Part shown: piece by piece, positions 1 through 8,686 of the stretch
How positions within the stretch are numbered: position 1 is the first letter of the stretch
How the letters are laid out: every line of letters starts with the position of its first letter
DNA from: Myxococcales bacterium
GTDB taxonomy: Bacteria > Myxococcota_A > Polyangia > Polyangiales > Polyangiaceae
Direction: 5' to 3'
Length of the DNA stretch: 32,000 nucleotides
Assembly: GCA_004193285.1 (NCBI GenBank)
Contig: SECP01000038.1
Coordinates: 39,740 to 71,739 of the forward strand
The notes under the pieces: generated by a model
Database searches by the model: none
What the model saw: only the letters and a program-made list of their open reading frames with translations
Told to the model about the DNA's origin: nothing
Made by a program: the position numbers and the translations under genes

Positions 1-652
1 CTACGTGGACATCTTCTACTCCCACCGCTTCGACGCCGACACGCCGCTGGAGGAGACGATGGGCGCGCTGGCTACGGCGGTCCAGCAAGGAAAAGCGCTC
101 TACGTCGGGATCTCTTCCTACTCGGCGGGCAAGACGGAAGAGGCCGTGCGCCTGCTGCGAGAGTGGAAGGTACCGCTGCTCATTCATCAACCGTCGTACA
201 GCATGCTCAACCGCTGGGCCGAGCAAGGCCTGCTGGAAACGCTGGGCCGCGAAGGCGTCGGTTGCATCGCTTTCAGCCCGCTCGCCCAAGGCCTGCTCAC
301 GGACAAGTACTTGAGCGGCATCCCGGAGGACGCGCGCATCAATCGCCCCGGCGGCGGCAGCCTGAAGAAGGAGCACTTGAGCGAGGAGAACCTCGCCAAC
401 GTTCGCGCGTTGAACGAAATCGCCAAAGCGCGCGGGCAAAGCTTGGCCCAAATGGCTCTTGCCTGGGTGCTCAAGGATCCCCGCGTCACCACCGTGCTCA
501 TCGGCGCCAGCAGCCCCGAGCAGCTCCAAGAGAACGTTGGCGCCCTCGCGAATCTCGCCTTCTCGGCGGACGAGCTAGCCAACATCGACGAGTACGCGCG
601 CGAGGGCAAGCTCAACCTCTGGGAAAAGCCGAGCACGGACCAGCGCGTCTGA
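1..652 (+). CDS. gpr: Aldo-keto reductase, YghZ/Gpr (L-glyceraldehyde-3-phosphate reductase) type; C-terminal part, 5' end outside window
   Basis: The ORF is open from the window edge (codons start at nt 2) to TGA at 650-652. The translation YVDIFYSHRFDADTPLEETMGAL..GKALYVGISSYS..LLIHQPSYSMLNRW..GCIAFSPLAQGLLTDKYL..LAQMALAWVLKD..VLIGAS..EQLQENV..NLWE matches, from memory, the E. coli YghZ-type AKR almost block for block. Confidence 0.88.
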   Translation, partial: YVDIFYSHRFDADTPLEETMGALATAVQQGKALYVGISSYSAGKTEEAVRLLREWKVPLLIHQPSYSMLNRWAEQGLLETLGREGVGCIAFSPLAQGLLTDKYLSGIPEDARINRPGGGSLKKEHLSEENLANVRALNEIAKARGQSLAQMALAWVLKDPRVTTVLIGASSPEQLQENVGALANLAFSADELANIDEYAREGKLNLWEKPSTDQRV

Positions 653-656
653 CCCG

Positions 657-1496
657 TCAGCCGGCGAGCGCTTCTAGGCTCTGGACCTCGGCCGGCTCGA
701 GCGAAAGGTCCAGCGCCGCCAAGTCCGTTTGCATGTGCTGAGCGCTGGAGGTGCCGGTGAGCGGCAGCATGCCGAGCCGTGACGCGAAGGCGAACACGAG
801 CTCGGCGACGCTCACGCCATGGCGCGCGGCCAGCGCCTTCACCTCGTTTTTCCCGAGCTCTTCGCGGTTCGCGGTGAGCAGCGAAAACCCCTGATACACG
901 ACGCCGTGCTCCGCGCAGACGCGGCGCACGGCGCGGTCCCAACCGGTGCGCGCGTAGCACCGGTTCTGTAAGAACCGCGGCGGGACTCGCGCCACTTTCA
1001 GCAGCTCCGCGAGCTGCGCGAGCGAGAAGTTGCTGACCCCGGCGAAGCGCACCTTGCCCGATTGCACGAGCGCTTCGATGGCGCGCCACGCCTCCAGGTC
1101 CTCGCGCTTCAAGCCGCTTCGGGAGCTTGGACCATGCAGCACGTAGGAGTCCAGGTAGTCCGTAGAAAAGTGCTGGAGCGAGCTCTCGAACGACTGCTGC
1201 ACCTGAGCCGCGACGGGCGCGCTCGGCTCGTACGGCAGCCGGTGGTCTTGCCCGTCGCGAAAGGTGAACTTGCTTTGGAGGAACAGCTCCGCGCGTGAAA
1301 CCTCCCCGCGGGAGATGGCGCTCTGCACCGCCGCCCCCACCGCCGCCTCGAAGTAGTGCTTCCGTTGATTGGCGGTGTCTATCCCCCGAAAACCTCGCGA
1401 GATTGCGAGGCCGGTCAGCGCCTCCGTGCGCTCCTCTTTCCAAGCCGTGCCGTAGAGCAGCCGCGGAACAGGTGCGGAGTCGATCATGCTCAACAA
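657..1496 (-). CDS. Aldo-keto reductase family oxidoreductase
   Basis: A 279-aa ORF with AKR hallmarks: GFRGIDTANQ..Y (Asp/Tyr), LFLQSKF (Lys), SYVLHGP (His), GVSNF, LTGTSS. It is convergent with the previous AKR, with stops 4 bp apart. The opposite-strand ORF 187..1653 is Arg/Ala-rich noise. Confidence 0.85.
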   Translation of the reverse strand: MLSMIDSAPVPRLLYGTAWKEERTEALTGLAISRGFRGIDTANQRKHYFEAAVGAAVQSAISRGEVSRAELFLQSKFTFRDGQDHRLPYEPSAPVAAQVQQSFESSLQHFSTDYLDSYVLHGPSSRSGLKREDLEAWRAIEALVQSGKVRFAGVSNFSLAQLAELLKVARVPPRFLQNRCYARTGWDRAVRRVCAEHGVVYQGFSLLTANREELGKNEVKALAARHGVSVAELVFAFASRLGMLPLTGTSSAQHMQTDLAALDLSLEPAEVQSLEALAG

Positions 1497-1552
1497 AGGT
1501 TAACAGATCTTGGGGCTTCCATTTTCGCGGGCGTGGCTTAAGGACTGTTCCC

Positions 1553-2251
1553 ATGCCGAAGTGCTTCACCACCTGGACGGTGCTCCCCCACGATCCCATC
1601 CAGAAGCATGCCTCCAACTTGTGGAGCGTGTCGGGCAAGATGCCGAGCGGCAATCAGCGGCGCATGACGGTCGCGCGGCGGGCGGACGGCAAGTTGGTCC
1701 TCCACAACCCGATAGCGCTCGCAGAAGACGAGATGCGCGAGCTAGAGGCGTGGGGAACGCCCGCGTACCTGGTGGTGCCCAACGCCTTTCATCGCATGGA
1801 TGCGCTCATCTACCAACAGCGCTATCCCAAGGCGGACGTGCTGTGTCCGCAGACGGCACGCAAGAAGGTGGCGGACCTGGTAAAAGTGTCTGGCCACTTG
1901 GACGAGATGCCGCCAGACACGGACGTGGAGCTCTTTCACCTCCGTGGCCTCAAAGAGCGTGAAGGCGCGCTACGGGTGCGCAGCAGCGGGCAAACGGCGC
2001 TCGTCTTCAACGACGCACTGCTCAACATGGCCCCCGCGGGCGGCTTCGGTGGCTTCGCGATGGCCCCCACGGGCGTGCTGTCCGTCCCCCGCTTCATGCG
2101 GTGGGTCATGATGAAGGACGGCGCGGCTCTCAAGTCGCACCTGCAAGAGCTGGCGGCTTCGCCCGGCCTGAGCCACGTCGTGCCCGGCCACGGGGACGTC
2201 GTGTCAAAAGACGCCGCCGGGGAGCTGACGACGGCGCTCGCACGGCTGTAG
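1553..2251 (+). CDS. DUF4336-like (metallo-beta-lactamase-fold) protein
   Basis: ATG at 1553 (MPKCFTTWTVLPHD...) lies inside the longer track ORF 1295..2251. The upstream extension is Pro/Arg-rich and overlaps the divergent gene. Pattern RRMTVARRADGKLVLHNPIAL..LEAWGTPAYLVVPNAFHRMD..YPKADVLCP..PGHGD resembles the DUF4336 family as I recall it. It is the first gene of a same-strand cluster with the ABC ATPase (23-bp gap). Confidence 0.65.
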   Translation: MPKCFTTWTVLPHDPIQKHASNLWSVSGKMPSGNQRRMTVARRADGKLVLHNPIALAEDEMRELEAWGTPAYLVVPNAFHRMDALIYQQRYPKADVLCPQTARKKVADLVKVSGHLDEMPPDTDVELFHLRGLKEREGALRVRSSGQTALVFNDALLNMAPAGGFGGFAMAPTGVLSVPRFMRWVMMKDGAALKSHLQELAASPGLSHVVPGHGDVVSKDAAGELTTALARL

Positions 2252-2274
2252 CCGCGCTGGTGTATCGTCGCGCC

Positions 2275-3015
2275 ATGCCCGACGGCTGGGTCCTCGAAGC
2301 GGAAGGTTTGGTCAAGCGGTTCGGCACGAGGCTCGCGGTAGATCACGTCTCGCTGAGGCTCGCGCCCGGCGAGATCGTCGGCTTGCTCGGCCCGAACGGC
2401 GCCGGCAAGACGACCACGCTCAAGATCTTGCTCGGCATGCTGCGGCCTTCCGCGGGGCGAGCGGCCGTGCTCGGCTTGGACTCCACGACGGACGCAGTCG
2501 CGATCAAGCAGCGCGTCGGCTACAGCCCGGACGAGCCGTCCTTCTACGACTTCCTGACCGGGCGAGAGACGCTCGAGTTCGTCACTCACGTGCGGGGCGG
2601 CGAGCCGAGCCGCGTGCTCCAGGACTTGGGTACCATGATCGAGGTGCTCGAGCTCGGGCCAGAGCTGGATCGCTTCGTGGCCGGCTACTCGCTCGGCATG
2701 AAGAAGAAGCTCGCCTTGCTCGTGGCCATGGCTCACGCCCCGAAGCTCCTGCTCCTGGACGAGCCGACGAACGGGCTCGATCCGCCGTCCGCCGTCAAGA
2801 TTCGCCGTCATTTGCAGCAGCTCGCGCAGGGCGGAGTCACGGTCGTGCTCTCCACGCACTTGCTGGAGATGGCGGACAAGCTTTGCACCCGCGTCGTGCT
2901 GATGGATCACGGTCGCCTCGTCTTCGACGGCTCTCCGAGCGACGCGCGCCAGGCCGCGCAGCTCGGCTCCGAGGCGTCGCTCGAAGACGCGTTCTTGAAG
3001 CTGGTCGCGGCGTAG
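2275..3015 (+). CDS. ABC transporter ATP-binding protein (ABC-2/DrrA-like subtype)
   Basis: ATG at 2275 (MPDGWVLEAEGLVKRFG). Motifs present: Walker A GPNGAGKTT, Q-loop, signature YSLGMKKKLAL, Walker B LLLLDEPTNGLD, H-loop STHLLE. The stop TAG (3013-3015) directly abuts the ATG of the next gene. Confidence 0.9.
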   Translation: MPDGWVLEAEGLVKRFGTRLAVDHVSLRLAPGEIVGLLGPNGAGKTTTLKILLGMLRPSAGRAAVLGLDSTTDAVAIKQRVGYSPDEPSFYDFLTGRETLEFVTHVRGGEPSRVLQDLGTMIEVLELGPELDRFVAGYSLGMKKKLALLVAMAHAPKLLLLDEPTNGLDPPSAVKIRRHLQQLAQGGVTVVLSTHLLEMADKLCTRVVLMDHGRLVFDGSPSDARQAAQLGSEASLEDAFLKLVAA

Positions 3016-5112
3016 ATGCGAGCTTGGCAGGAGCTTCGAGCGATGGGCCTCCTCGTGCTGCGGAGCTGGTACCGCGTGGGGCCTCGGGTGCGCGGTGGGC
3101 GCAAGCCGGAGCCTACGCGCGGCGCTTCGGCGGTGCTGATGCGCCTGGTGTTTGCGGCCCTCATCTACAACTTCGGATTCACCAGCGGCTTGTCCGTCGC
3201 TCGGAGTGGAGAGCCCGCCTGGGCCGCGACGTGGGCCGGGGTCGGCGCCGGCTTGTTCGTTTTGGCGACGACGTTCGCGCTGGAGCTCCCGTCCCCGCGG
3301 ATGCCGACGATGGCTCTGAAGAGCGAGCTGCTCGAGCTTCTGCCGCTTTCTCGCCTCTCCAAGCTGCTCATCACCCTCGCGCAGTCGCTCCTCATGCTGC
3401 CGCTCTCGCTCGGCTTGGCTATCACTCTCCACGGTGAAGCCTCGTCGGGCGGGAGCCTGGCGGGCGCGCTCGTGCTGGGGCTCGGGTTGTTCACCGGCTT
3501 CGCTCTCGGAGGAGCGAGCCTGGGCAAGCTGCTGAAGCTGACGCTCTCCCCCTACGCGGCTTCGCGCGTGAGCTGGTTCTCCGCGGTACCGATGCTGGGC
3601 GGCCTATTGATGCTGCAAAGCGGGCAAGCGCGCAGCTGGCTGCCGCGACCTTTCTTCGGCGAGGCGCTGGGGGAAGCGCTGCTGGGTGACCGAACCTGGA
3701 GCGTCACCGCGGTCGTTTATGCGATGACGGCGGTGCTCGGGGCCGCGTTTTTTTGGTTAGAGTCTCGGCACGAGCTCTCTGAGCCAGTGCGACCGGGCAC
3801 GACGCGCTCGGCGCTCCGCGGCGGCGCGGACATGGCGCGCCTCGAGCGCTTGCTCAGCCGCCGCGAGCCCGGCGGCTTGTTGCAAGTTCCGATCGTGACC
3901 GCGATGGGCGCGCTGTTCATCGGCGGCGCGGCGTGGACGCACGATGCGCGCGGGCAAGGAGCGGGGCTCGGCTTGGTTTGGAACGTGGCGGCGCTTCTCA
4001 CGCTGCAGCTCGTCAGCTCGCTGGGCATGCAGCGGGCGACGCGCGGCGCCACCCGGGACACGTTGGCGCGACCTCTGCTCGGCGCGCTCCCGATCGCCCC
4101 GCGTGACACGTTGACGAGCAAGGCGCACGCGCTGCGCCTCACGCTGTTGATCGTCGCGGCGCCGCTGCTGCTCACGCTCCTCGCGCTTCGCCGAGATCCT
4201 CACCTCGGGCGCGAGCTCGCCTGGCGGCTGCCGCTCGCCTTGAGCGCGGTCGCCATCTACGCCTCCGCCGCCGTTTATGTCGCCTTCCTCACGGCTGGGC
4301 TGGGCGCGGTTCGGCCACGGGGCGGCGTATTCGGCTCGCTGGAGTCGTTCCTGCTCGCCGTACCGTTTGCGAGCGTGCTCTTCGCGCCGGGTCCGGGCAG
4401 CGCGCTGCTCTCGCTGGTGACGCTCGGCGCGCTGACCTTCGAGGCCCGTCGGGCGGCGCTCAGCACCATAGATTGGTTGGACGACCCGGAGCGTGAGCAC
4501 TCCACGGAGGTCTGGAAGGCGCTGGTCGTATTCGGCGGCTTCCAGGGCGCGCAGCTCCTCATCCAACAGCTCGCAACGCTGCTGGGCGACTGGCTGTCGG
4601 CGCCACTCCAGCTCCTCGGTGCGTACACCCTCTCGGCCGCGGCGCTCTGGGCGATGACGCAGCGCGAGCAGGAGCGCGACGCGCCCCCGCTACGTCCAAA
4701 GCTCGCGCCGCTTGGCTTGGGCCTCGGGGCGCTGAGCGCTGGCTGCGCGTGGCTGTATTTGAAGCTCGCTGCGCCGGCAGTCGACGCCGCATCCAAGCTG
4801 GCCATGACGAGCGCGGCCGAGCTCGGCTTCGCGGTGCTGGCGATCGTGGTCGCCGCGCCGCTCGTAGAAGAGCGGTTTTTTCGCGGTTGGCTGCAGCCCG
4901 CGCTTCAATCTGCGCTGGGCGCGAAGCAGCATTGGGCTCCCGTCTTGTCCGCGCTCGCCTTCGCGGTCGCTCACCCCGCCTACTCGTTCTTGCCGGTGCT
5001 CGCGCTCGGCCTGCTGAACGGCTTCGCGATGCAACGGTTCCGCTCGCTCTCGGCCTGCGTCGTCGCGCACGCGGTTCACAACGCATTCGCGCTCTGGCTC
5101 GGCGCGCAATAG
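3016..5112 (+). CDS. Large polytopic membrane protein with C-terminal CPBP (CAAX/Abi-type) intramembrane protease domain
   Basis: A 698-aa ORF whose ATG sits immediately after the ABC stop, suggesting translational coupling. It has many hydrophobic segments. The C-terminus carries the three CPBP motifs: EERFFRGWL (EExxxR), FAVAH (FxxxH) and HAVHN (HxxxN). The N-terminal region of about 550 aa has no motif I recognise and sits in the position of an ABC-2 permease partner. Confidence 0.8.
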   Translation: MRAWQELRAMGLLVLRSWYRVGPRVRGGRKPEPTRGASAVLMRLVFAALIYNFGFTSGLSVARSGEPAWAATWAGVGAGLFVLATTFALELPSPRMPTMALKSELLELLPLSRLSKLLITLAQSLLMLPLSLGLAITLHGEASSGGSLAGALVLGLGLFTGFALGGASLGKLLKLTLSPYAASRVSWFSAVPMLGGLLMLQSGQARSWLPRPFFGEALGEALLGDRTWSVTAVVYAMTAVLGAAFFWLESRHELSEPVRPGTTRSALRGGADMARLERLLSRREPGGLLQVPIVTAMGALFIGGAAWTHDARGQGAGLGLVWNVAALLTLQLVSSLGMQRATRGATRDTLARPLLGALPIAPRDTLTSKAHALRLTLLIVAAPLLLTLLALRRDPHLGRELAWRLPLALSAVAIYASAAVYVAFLTAGLGAVRPRGGVFGSLESFLLAVPFASVLFAPGPGSALLSLVTLGALTFEARRAALSTIDWLDDPEREHSTEVWKALVVFGGFQGAQLLIQQLATLLGDWLSAPLQLLGAYTLSAAALWAMTQREQERDAPPLRPKLAPLGLGLGALSAGCAWLYLKLAAPAVDAASKLAMTSAAELGFAVLAIVVAAPLVEERFFRGWLQPALQSALGAKQHWAPVLSALAFAVAHPAYSFLPVLALGLLNGFAMQRFRSLSACVVAHAVHNAFALWLGAQ

Positions 5113-5152
5113 CCGCCAAGGCGTGATGCCGCGGCTCGGATGCAGGGTGAAG

Positions 5153-5195
5153 GTCACTCCGGCGAACGACGACGCTCGCCGCGCACCGGAGTGAC
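5153..5195. terminator. Long GC-rich hairpin between convergent genes (possible bidirectional terminator)
   Basis: GTCACTCCGG (5153-5162) pairs with CCGGAGTGAC (5186-5195), with an inner GGCGA/TCGCC stem. It lies between the stop at 5112 (+) and the stop at 5210 (-). There is no U-tract. Confidence 0.35.
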
Positions 5196-5209
5196 GACGC
5201 CCGAGCGCG

Positions 5210-5890
5210 CTACTGAGTGCCGCCGGCGCCGCCAGAGCCGCCGCCGGATTGACCCATGCCACCTTGGCCGAAGCCGCCTTGACCGAAGCCACCTTGGCCG
5301 AAGCCGCCTTGGCCGAAGCCGCCTTGGCCGAAGCCGCCTTGACCGAAGCCGCCCTGTCCGAAGCCGCCCTGTCCGCCGCCTTCGCGGCAGCGCCACGTGG
5401 GCATGTTGCCGGAGCCGCCTTGACCACCGCCTTGACCACCGCGCACGCGACACGAGCAGAACTGCTCGTCGTAAGTGCAGATCACGCCGCCGCCGCCCGG
5501 CCCGCCTTGGCCGCCGCCAGCGCCCGTGGCCGGCAACGCGCAACTCGCGTCGTTTTCCGGCTGGGTTGCCGGACAATCCGCCGAATTGGTTTGCCCGCCG
5601 CCACCGTTTCGACCGCCGGAGCCGGTACCACCGCTCGAAGCGCCCCCTCGGCCGCCCGAGCCGCTGCCGGCGGTGGAGCTGCCAGTACCGGCGCTGCTGG
5701 TGGAGGTCCCAGCAGAGCTCGTGCCCGTGCCCGCGCTGCTCGATGTTCCCGCGCTGCTGGTGCCACCCGAGCTGCTGCCGGCTTGGCTCGTCGAGCCCCC
5801 GGTGCCACCGCCGGGATCTTCCGAGTCGCCACCGCAGGCCGCGACGAGCGCTGGCACCAAGATGCATGTCAAACCAATGAACCTGTTCAT
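5210..5890 (-). CDS. Secreted lipoprotein, Gly/Ser-rich with C-terminal GQGGF pentapeptide repeats and a 6-Cys core
   Basis: I take the start at ATG 5890-5888 (MNRFIGLTCILVPALVAAC, a signal peptide with lipobox LVAAC). After it come a G/S/T-rich linker, the core CPATQ..SCALP..VICTYDEQFCSCR..WRCRE, then 7x GQGGF plus GQGGM. The 5'-extended track ORF (to 5959) adds an unlikely leader. Confidence 0.7.
   Translation of the reverse strand: MNRFIGLTCILVPALVAACGGDSEDPGGGTGGSTSQAGSSSGGTSSAGTSSSAGTGTSSAGTSTSSAGTGSSTAGSGSGGRGGASSGGTGSGGRNGGGGQTNSADCPATQPENDASCALPATGAGGGQGGPGGGGVICTYDEQFCSCRVRGGQGGGQGGSGNMPTWRCREGGGQGGFGQGGFGQGGFGQGGFGQGGFGQGGFGQGGFGQGGMGQSGGGSGGAGGTQ
5256..5375 (-). repeat. In-frame 15-bp tandem repeat (8 units) encoding GQGGF/GQGGM
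   Basis: The + strand reads catgccaccttggcc followed by 7x gaagccRccYtgDcc in contiguous 15-nt steps from 5256 to 5375. Confidence 0.9.
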
Positions 5891-6234
5891 GAGCTCTCTC
5901 CGTTGAGGCGCTGGTGGGCTCTCGGCGCGCACGACGCTGCCGCGAGAGCCAGGCGCCAATTGCCCGCACGCAATCCTTCGGGCAGGTCAGTAACCAGCTC
6001 TCGAAGCAAACAGGCAGTGCGCGCGCTCTTCGCTTCCCTCCATACTTTTGCTCCCGCGGTCGACGCCGGTTGACGGCGCTCTGACGCGTGAGCGCGAAGG
6101 TCATGTCGGCCGCCCCTGGCCACCAGTACTCGGATGAGAGCTCGCGACCACGCCAGTCGGGCGGAGCGGCTCGGCGGAGCATGGCCGGCCCGCACCCGTC
6201 GGGTTGTCGTCCCGCTCGGCCCTATCGAGCAGTT

Positions 6235-6320
6235 TTGCCACAGTCGATTTGCGCCAAAAGTAACATGATTACAATTACTTACAGATGGATAGACGGTTTA
6301 CTCACATTGGCCAACAGCGC
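6235..6320 (+). promoter_or_regulatory. AT-rich island upstream of the histidine kinase gene (candidate promoter region)
   Basis: ttgccacagtcgatttgcgccaaaagtaacatgattacaattacttacagatggatagacggtttactcacattgg is conspicuously AT-rich in a GC-rich context. It contains TTGCGC (6249-6254) and TACAAT (6270-6275), but the 15-nt spacing is sub-optimal. Confidence 0.25.
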
Positions 6321-6346
6321 TGAAGGCGGTACCGTTCGCGCTACGG

Positions 6347-8671
6347 GTGGGCCAGACGTCATCGATCAAGGATCATTTCGCCGCTCCGGACTTCGCGGCG
6401 CTCCTGCATGCGCAGCTGGAGGACGCACGCCAGACGTGGGGGCTGAAGTACGTAGCCCTCGCGGAGCTCTCGCTGGGTCCGCTGCCGCTATCACCGACTT
6501 GGCGCGCCACGACTGGAACCGGTCCCTTCGACGAGCCACCGGCGCGCGACCTGTTCGAAGAGCACTCGGACGACGAGCCGCGAGCGTCATCGGTAGCAAT
6601 GACGTACGGACCCGATTCGGACGTTTTGGTGACGGCGTTGCGCGTCGCTCCGCGCTTGGCGTCGCACGCGGACGCCGTCTTGCTGCTGGCTCCGGCCAGC
6701 GTCATCCCGACTGACACTTTCTTGCAGCTGCTCGAGGTCTTGGAGCGAGCGCTATCACGGCAGCGCAGCTCCGAGCTCGCTGCCATCCTTGCCGCGGCCG
6801 CCGAGCAAGCGGCGGATCCGCTCGAGCTCAGCGACCCGCAGGGTCGGCTATTTTACGTGAACTCGGCGTGGGAGCGCTTCACCGGCTACGAGCGGGCGGA
6901 GGCGCTGGGCCGAACCGCCGGCGCCATCTTCCGCGATCCGATCGAGTCGCTTCACGACCCCGCCTTCTATCAATACGCGATGGCAGAGCTGCACGCGGGG
7001 CGCAGCTGGATGGGGGCGATCTCCGGCAACGTGAAGGGCGGCCGGCGCGTCTTCGGCGAGGCCAACGTCGCGCCGTTCGAAGCACCGAGCGCGGGGCTGC
7101 GCGGGCACGTCGCGGTGCGGCGCGACATGGTGCATCGCACGGAGCGCGACCACGCGCTGGTCGCTGCGCACCGCGAGTTTCGGGCCGTGCTCTCCGCGAT
7201 TGCGGACGGCGTGTGCGTGTTGCGCGACGAGCGCATCTACTTCACGAACGCCACCTTCTTGGCCATCGTCGGGTTGTCCGAAGAGGAGCTGGTTGGGCGC
7301 TCGTTCGTGGACCTGGTGCACGAGGAAGACCGCGCGGCGTACAGCGAAGCCGGGGAAGCGCGGGTAGCGCGGGTACGCGTGAGTCGCGCCGGCAGCTCGC
7401 CTCGGTTCGTCGAAATCTCGAGCGCGGGGCGCGTCTCTTTCGAGGGGTGGCCGGCGACCATCTTGCTCGCGCGTGACACCACGGACTACCAGGTCGCCCG
7501 CGAAGAGCTCGCGCGCGCAGAGAAGCTCTCCGCCCTCGGTTCGCTCGCGGCCGGTGTTGCTCACGAAATCAACAATCCGCTCGCCTACGTCGCGCTCAAC
7601 CTGGAGCTACTCCGCGAGCACGGCGCTTCCGCGCTCGCAGAGCCGGAGCGCGAAGCACTCGAAGAAGCGCTCGAGGGCGTGGCGCGCATCCGCAACATCG
7701 CCAGCGAGCTCCACACGTTCTCGGGCAAGGACGAGCCGGGGGAGCCGGTCGCGGTGGACGTATCGCGCGCGCTCACTTCGGCGCTGAACATGGCCCAAAA
7801 CGAGATCCGGCACCGAGCGGCGCTCGTCCGCGAGATGGAGCCCGGGTTGTTCGCGCTCGGCCGCGAAGGGCAGCTCGTGCAGGTCTTCGTGAACGTGCTC
7901 ATCAACGCCGCGCAGGCGATACCGAAATCGAGCGCGAGGGAGCCGACGATCCGCGTCGCTTCGCGCCTGCTCGCCGACGGAGAGGTCGAGGTCTCGGTCA
8001 CCGACACCGGGATCGGTATCCCGGAGAGCGCGCTGCCCCAGCTCTTCGATCCCTTCTCCACGACCAAGCTGCGCGGGGACGGCGCAGGGCTAGGCCTCGC
8101 CATCTGCAAGCGCATCCTGGACGACCTGGGTGGTCACATCGCGATCCAGAGCGAGCTCGGTCAGGGTACGACCGTCACGATCACGCTGCCGGAAGCGGTC
8201 CCCGCTGCGCTCGCCTCCACGCCGCCGCAACCCAGCTATCGACGCATCGTGACCCGCGCACTGCGCATCCTCGTCGTCGAGGACGAGCGCCCCATCGCGC
8301 GCGCCCTGGAGCGAATGCTGGCGAGCCACGACGTCACCCTCGCTCACGACGGCGCCCGCGCGCTCGCGCTTCTCCGAGCCAGCAAGCGGTTCGACGTCGT
8401 GCTGTGTGACCTGATGATGCCAGGGATGACCGGGGCCGACCTGTATCGGCAGGCGGTAGAGGAAGCTCCCGAGCTGCGCGCGCGCTTCGTGTTCATGACC
8501 GGCGGCGCGGTCACCCCCGACACCAAAGAGTTCATCGACGCGTCGGTTGGCCAGGTATTGTGGAAGCCTTTCACGCCGGGCGCGGTGTGGGATTGCATTC
8601 AACGCGTGGCAGGTCGGGCGGAGGAGCAGCGCTCGGCGCGCGCCGCGCTCGGCGGTCCGTCTACGAAGTAA
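6347..8671 (+). CDS. Hybrid sensor histidine kinase / response regulator with PAS domains
   Basis: A 774-aa ORF. PAS-like segments: DPQGRLFYVNSAWERFTGYERAEALGR and ADGVCVLRDERIYFTNATFLAIVGLSEEELVGRSF. H-box AAGVAHEINNPLAY, N/G boxes NVLINAAQA, DTGIGIP, GAGLGLAICKRI. C-terminal receiver ILVVEDE..DVVLCDLMMPGMTG..WKPF. The start is uncertain: GTG at 6347 is the first in-frame start, and ATG at 6599 is an alternative. Confidence 0.9.
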   Translation: MGQTSSIKDHFAAPDFAALLHAQLEDARQTWGLKYVALAELSLGPLPLSPTWRATTGTGPFDEPPARDLFEEHSDDEPRASSVAMTYGPDSDVLVTALRVAPRLASHADAVLLLAPASVIPTDTFLQLLEVLERALSRQRSSELAAILAAAAEQAADPLELSDPQGRLFYVNSAWERFTGYERAEALGRTAGAIFRDPIESLHDPAFYQYAMAELHAGRSWMGAISGNVKGGRRVFGEANVAPFEAPSAGLRGHVAVRRDMVHRTERDHALVAAHREFRAVLSAIADGVCVLRDERIYFTNATFLAIVGLSEEELVGRSFVDLVHEEDRAAYSEAGEARVARVRVSRAGSSPRFVEISSAGRVSFEGWPATILLARDTTDYQVAREELARAEKLSALGSLAAGVAHEINNPLAYVALNLELLREHGASALAEPEREALEEALEGVARIRNIASELHTFSGKDEPGEPVAVDVSRALTSALNMAQNEIRHRAALVREMEPGLFALGREGQLVQVFVNVLINAAQAIPKSSAREPTIRVASRLLADGEVEVSVTDTGIGIPESALPQLFDPFSTTKLRGDGAGLGLAICKRILDDLGGHIAIQSELGQGTTVTITLPEAVPAALASTPPQPSYRRIVTRALRILVVEDERPIARALERMLASHDVTLAHDGARALALLRASKRFDVVLCDLMMPGMTGADLYRQAVEEAPELRARFVFMTGGAVTPDTKEFIDASVGQVLWKPFTPGAVWDCIQRVAGRAEEQRSARAALGGPSTK

Positions 8672-8686
8672 GAGGAGGAACGAAGC

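Noticed and set aside
187-3432. Long antisense ORFs 187..1653(-) and 1936..3432(-)
   Set aside because: They overlap domain-bearing genes on the other strand (AKRs, DUF4336, ABC ATPase). Their translations are Arg/Ala/Gly/Pro-rich with no motifs. This is the typical shadow ORF of GC-rich DNA.
5140-6182. ORFs 5140..5880(+), 5154..6182(-), 5249..6073(+), 5475..5906(+) overlapping the Gly-rich lipoprotein gene
   Set aside because: These are alternative-frame readings of the low-complexity Gly/Ser-coding DNA, giving poly-Arg, poly-Ala and poly-Pro products. Only the minus-strand frame with signal peptide, lipobox and Cys module looks like a real protein.
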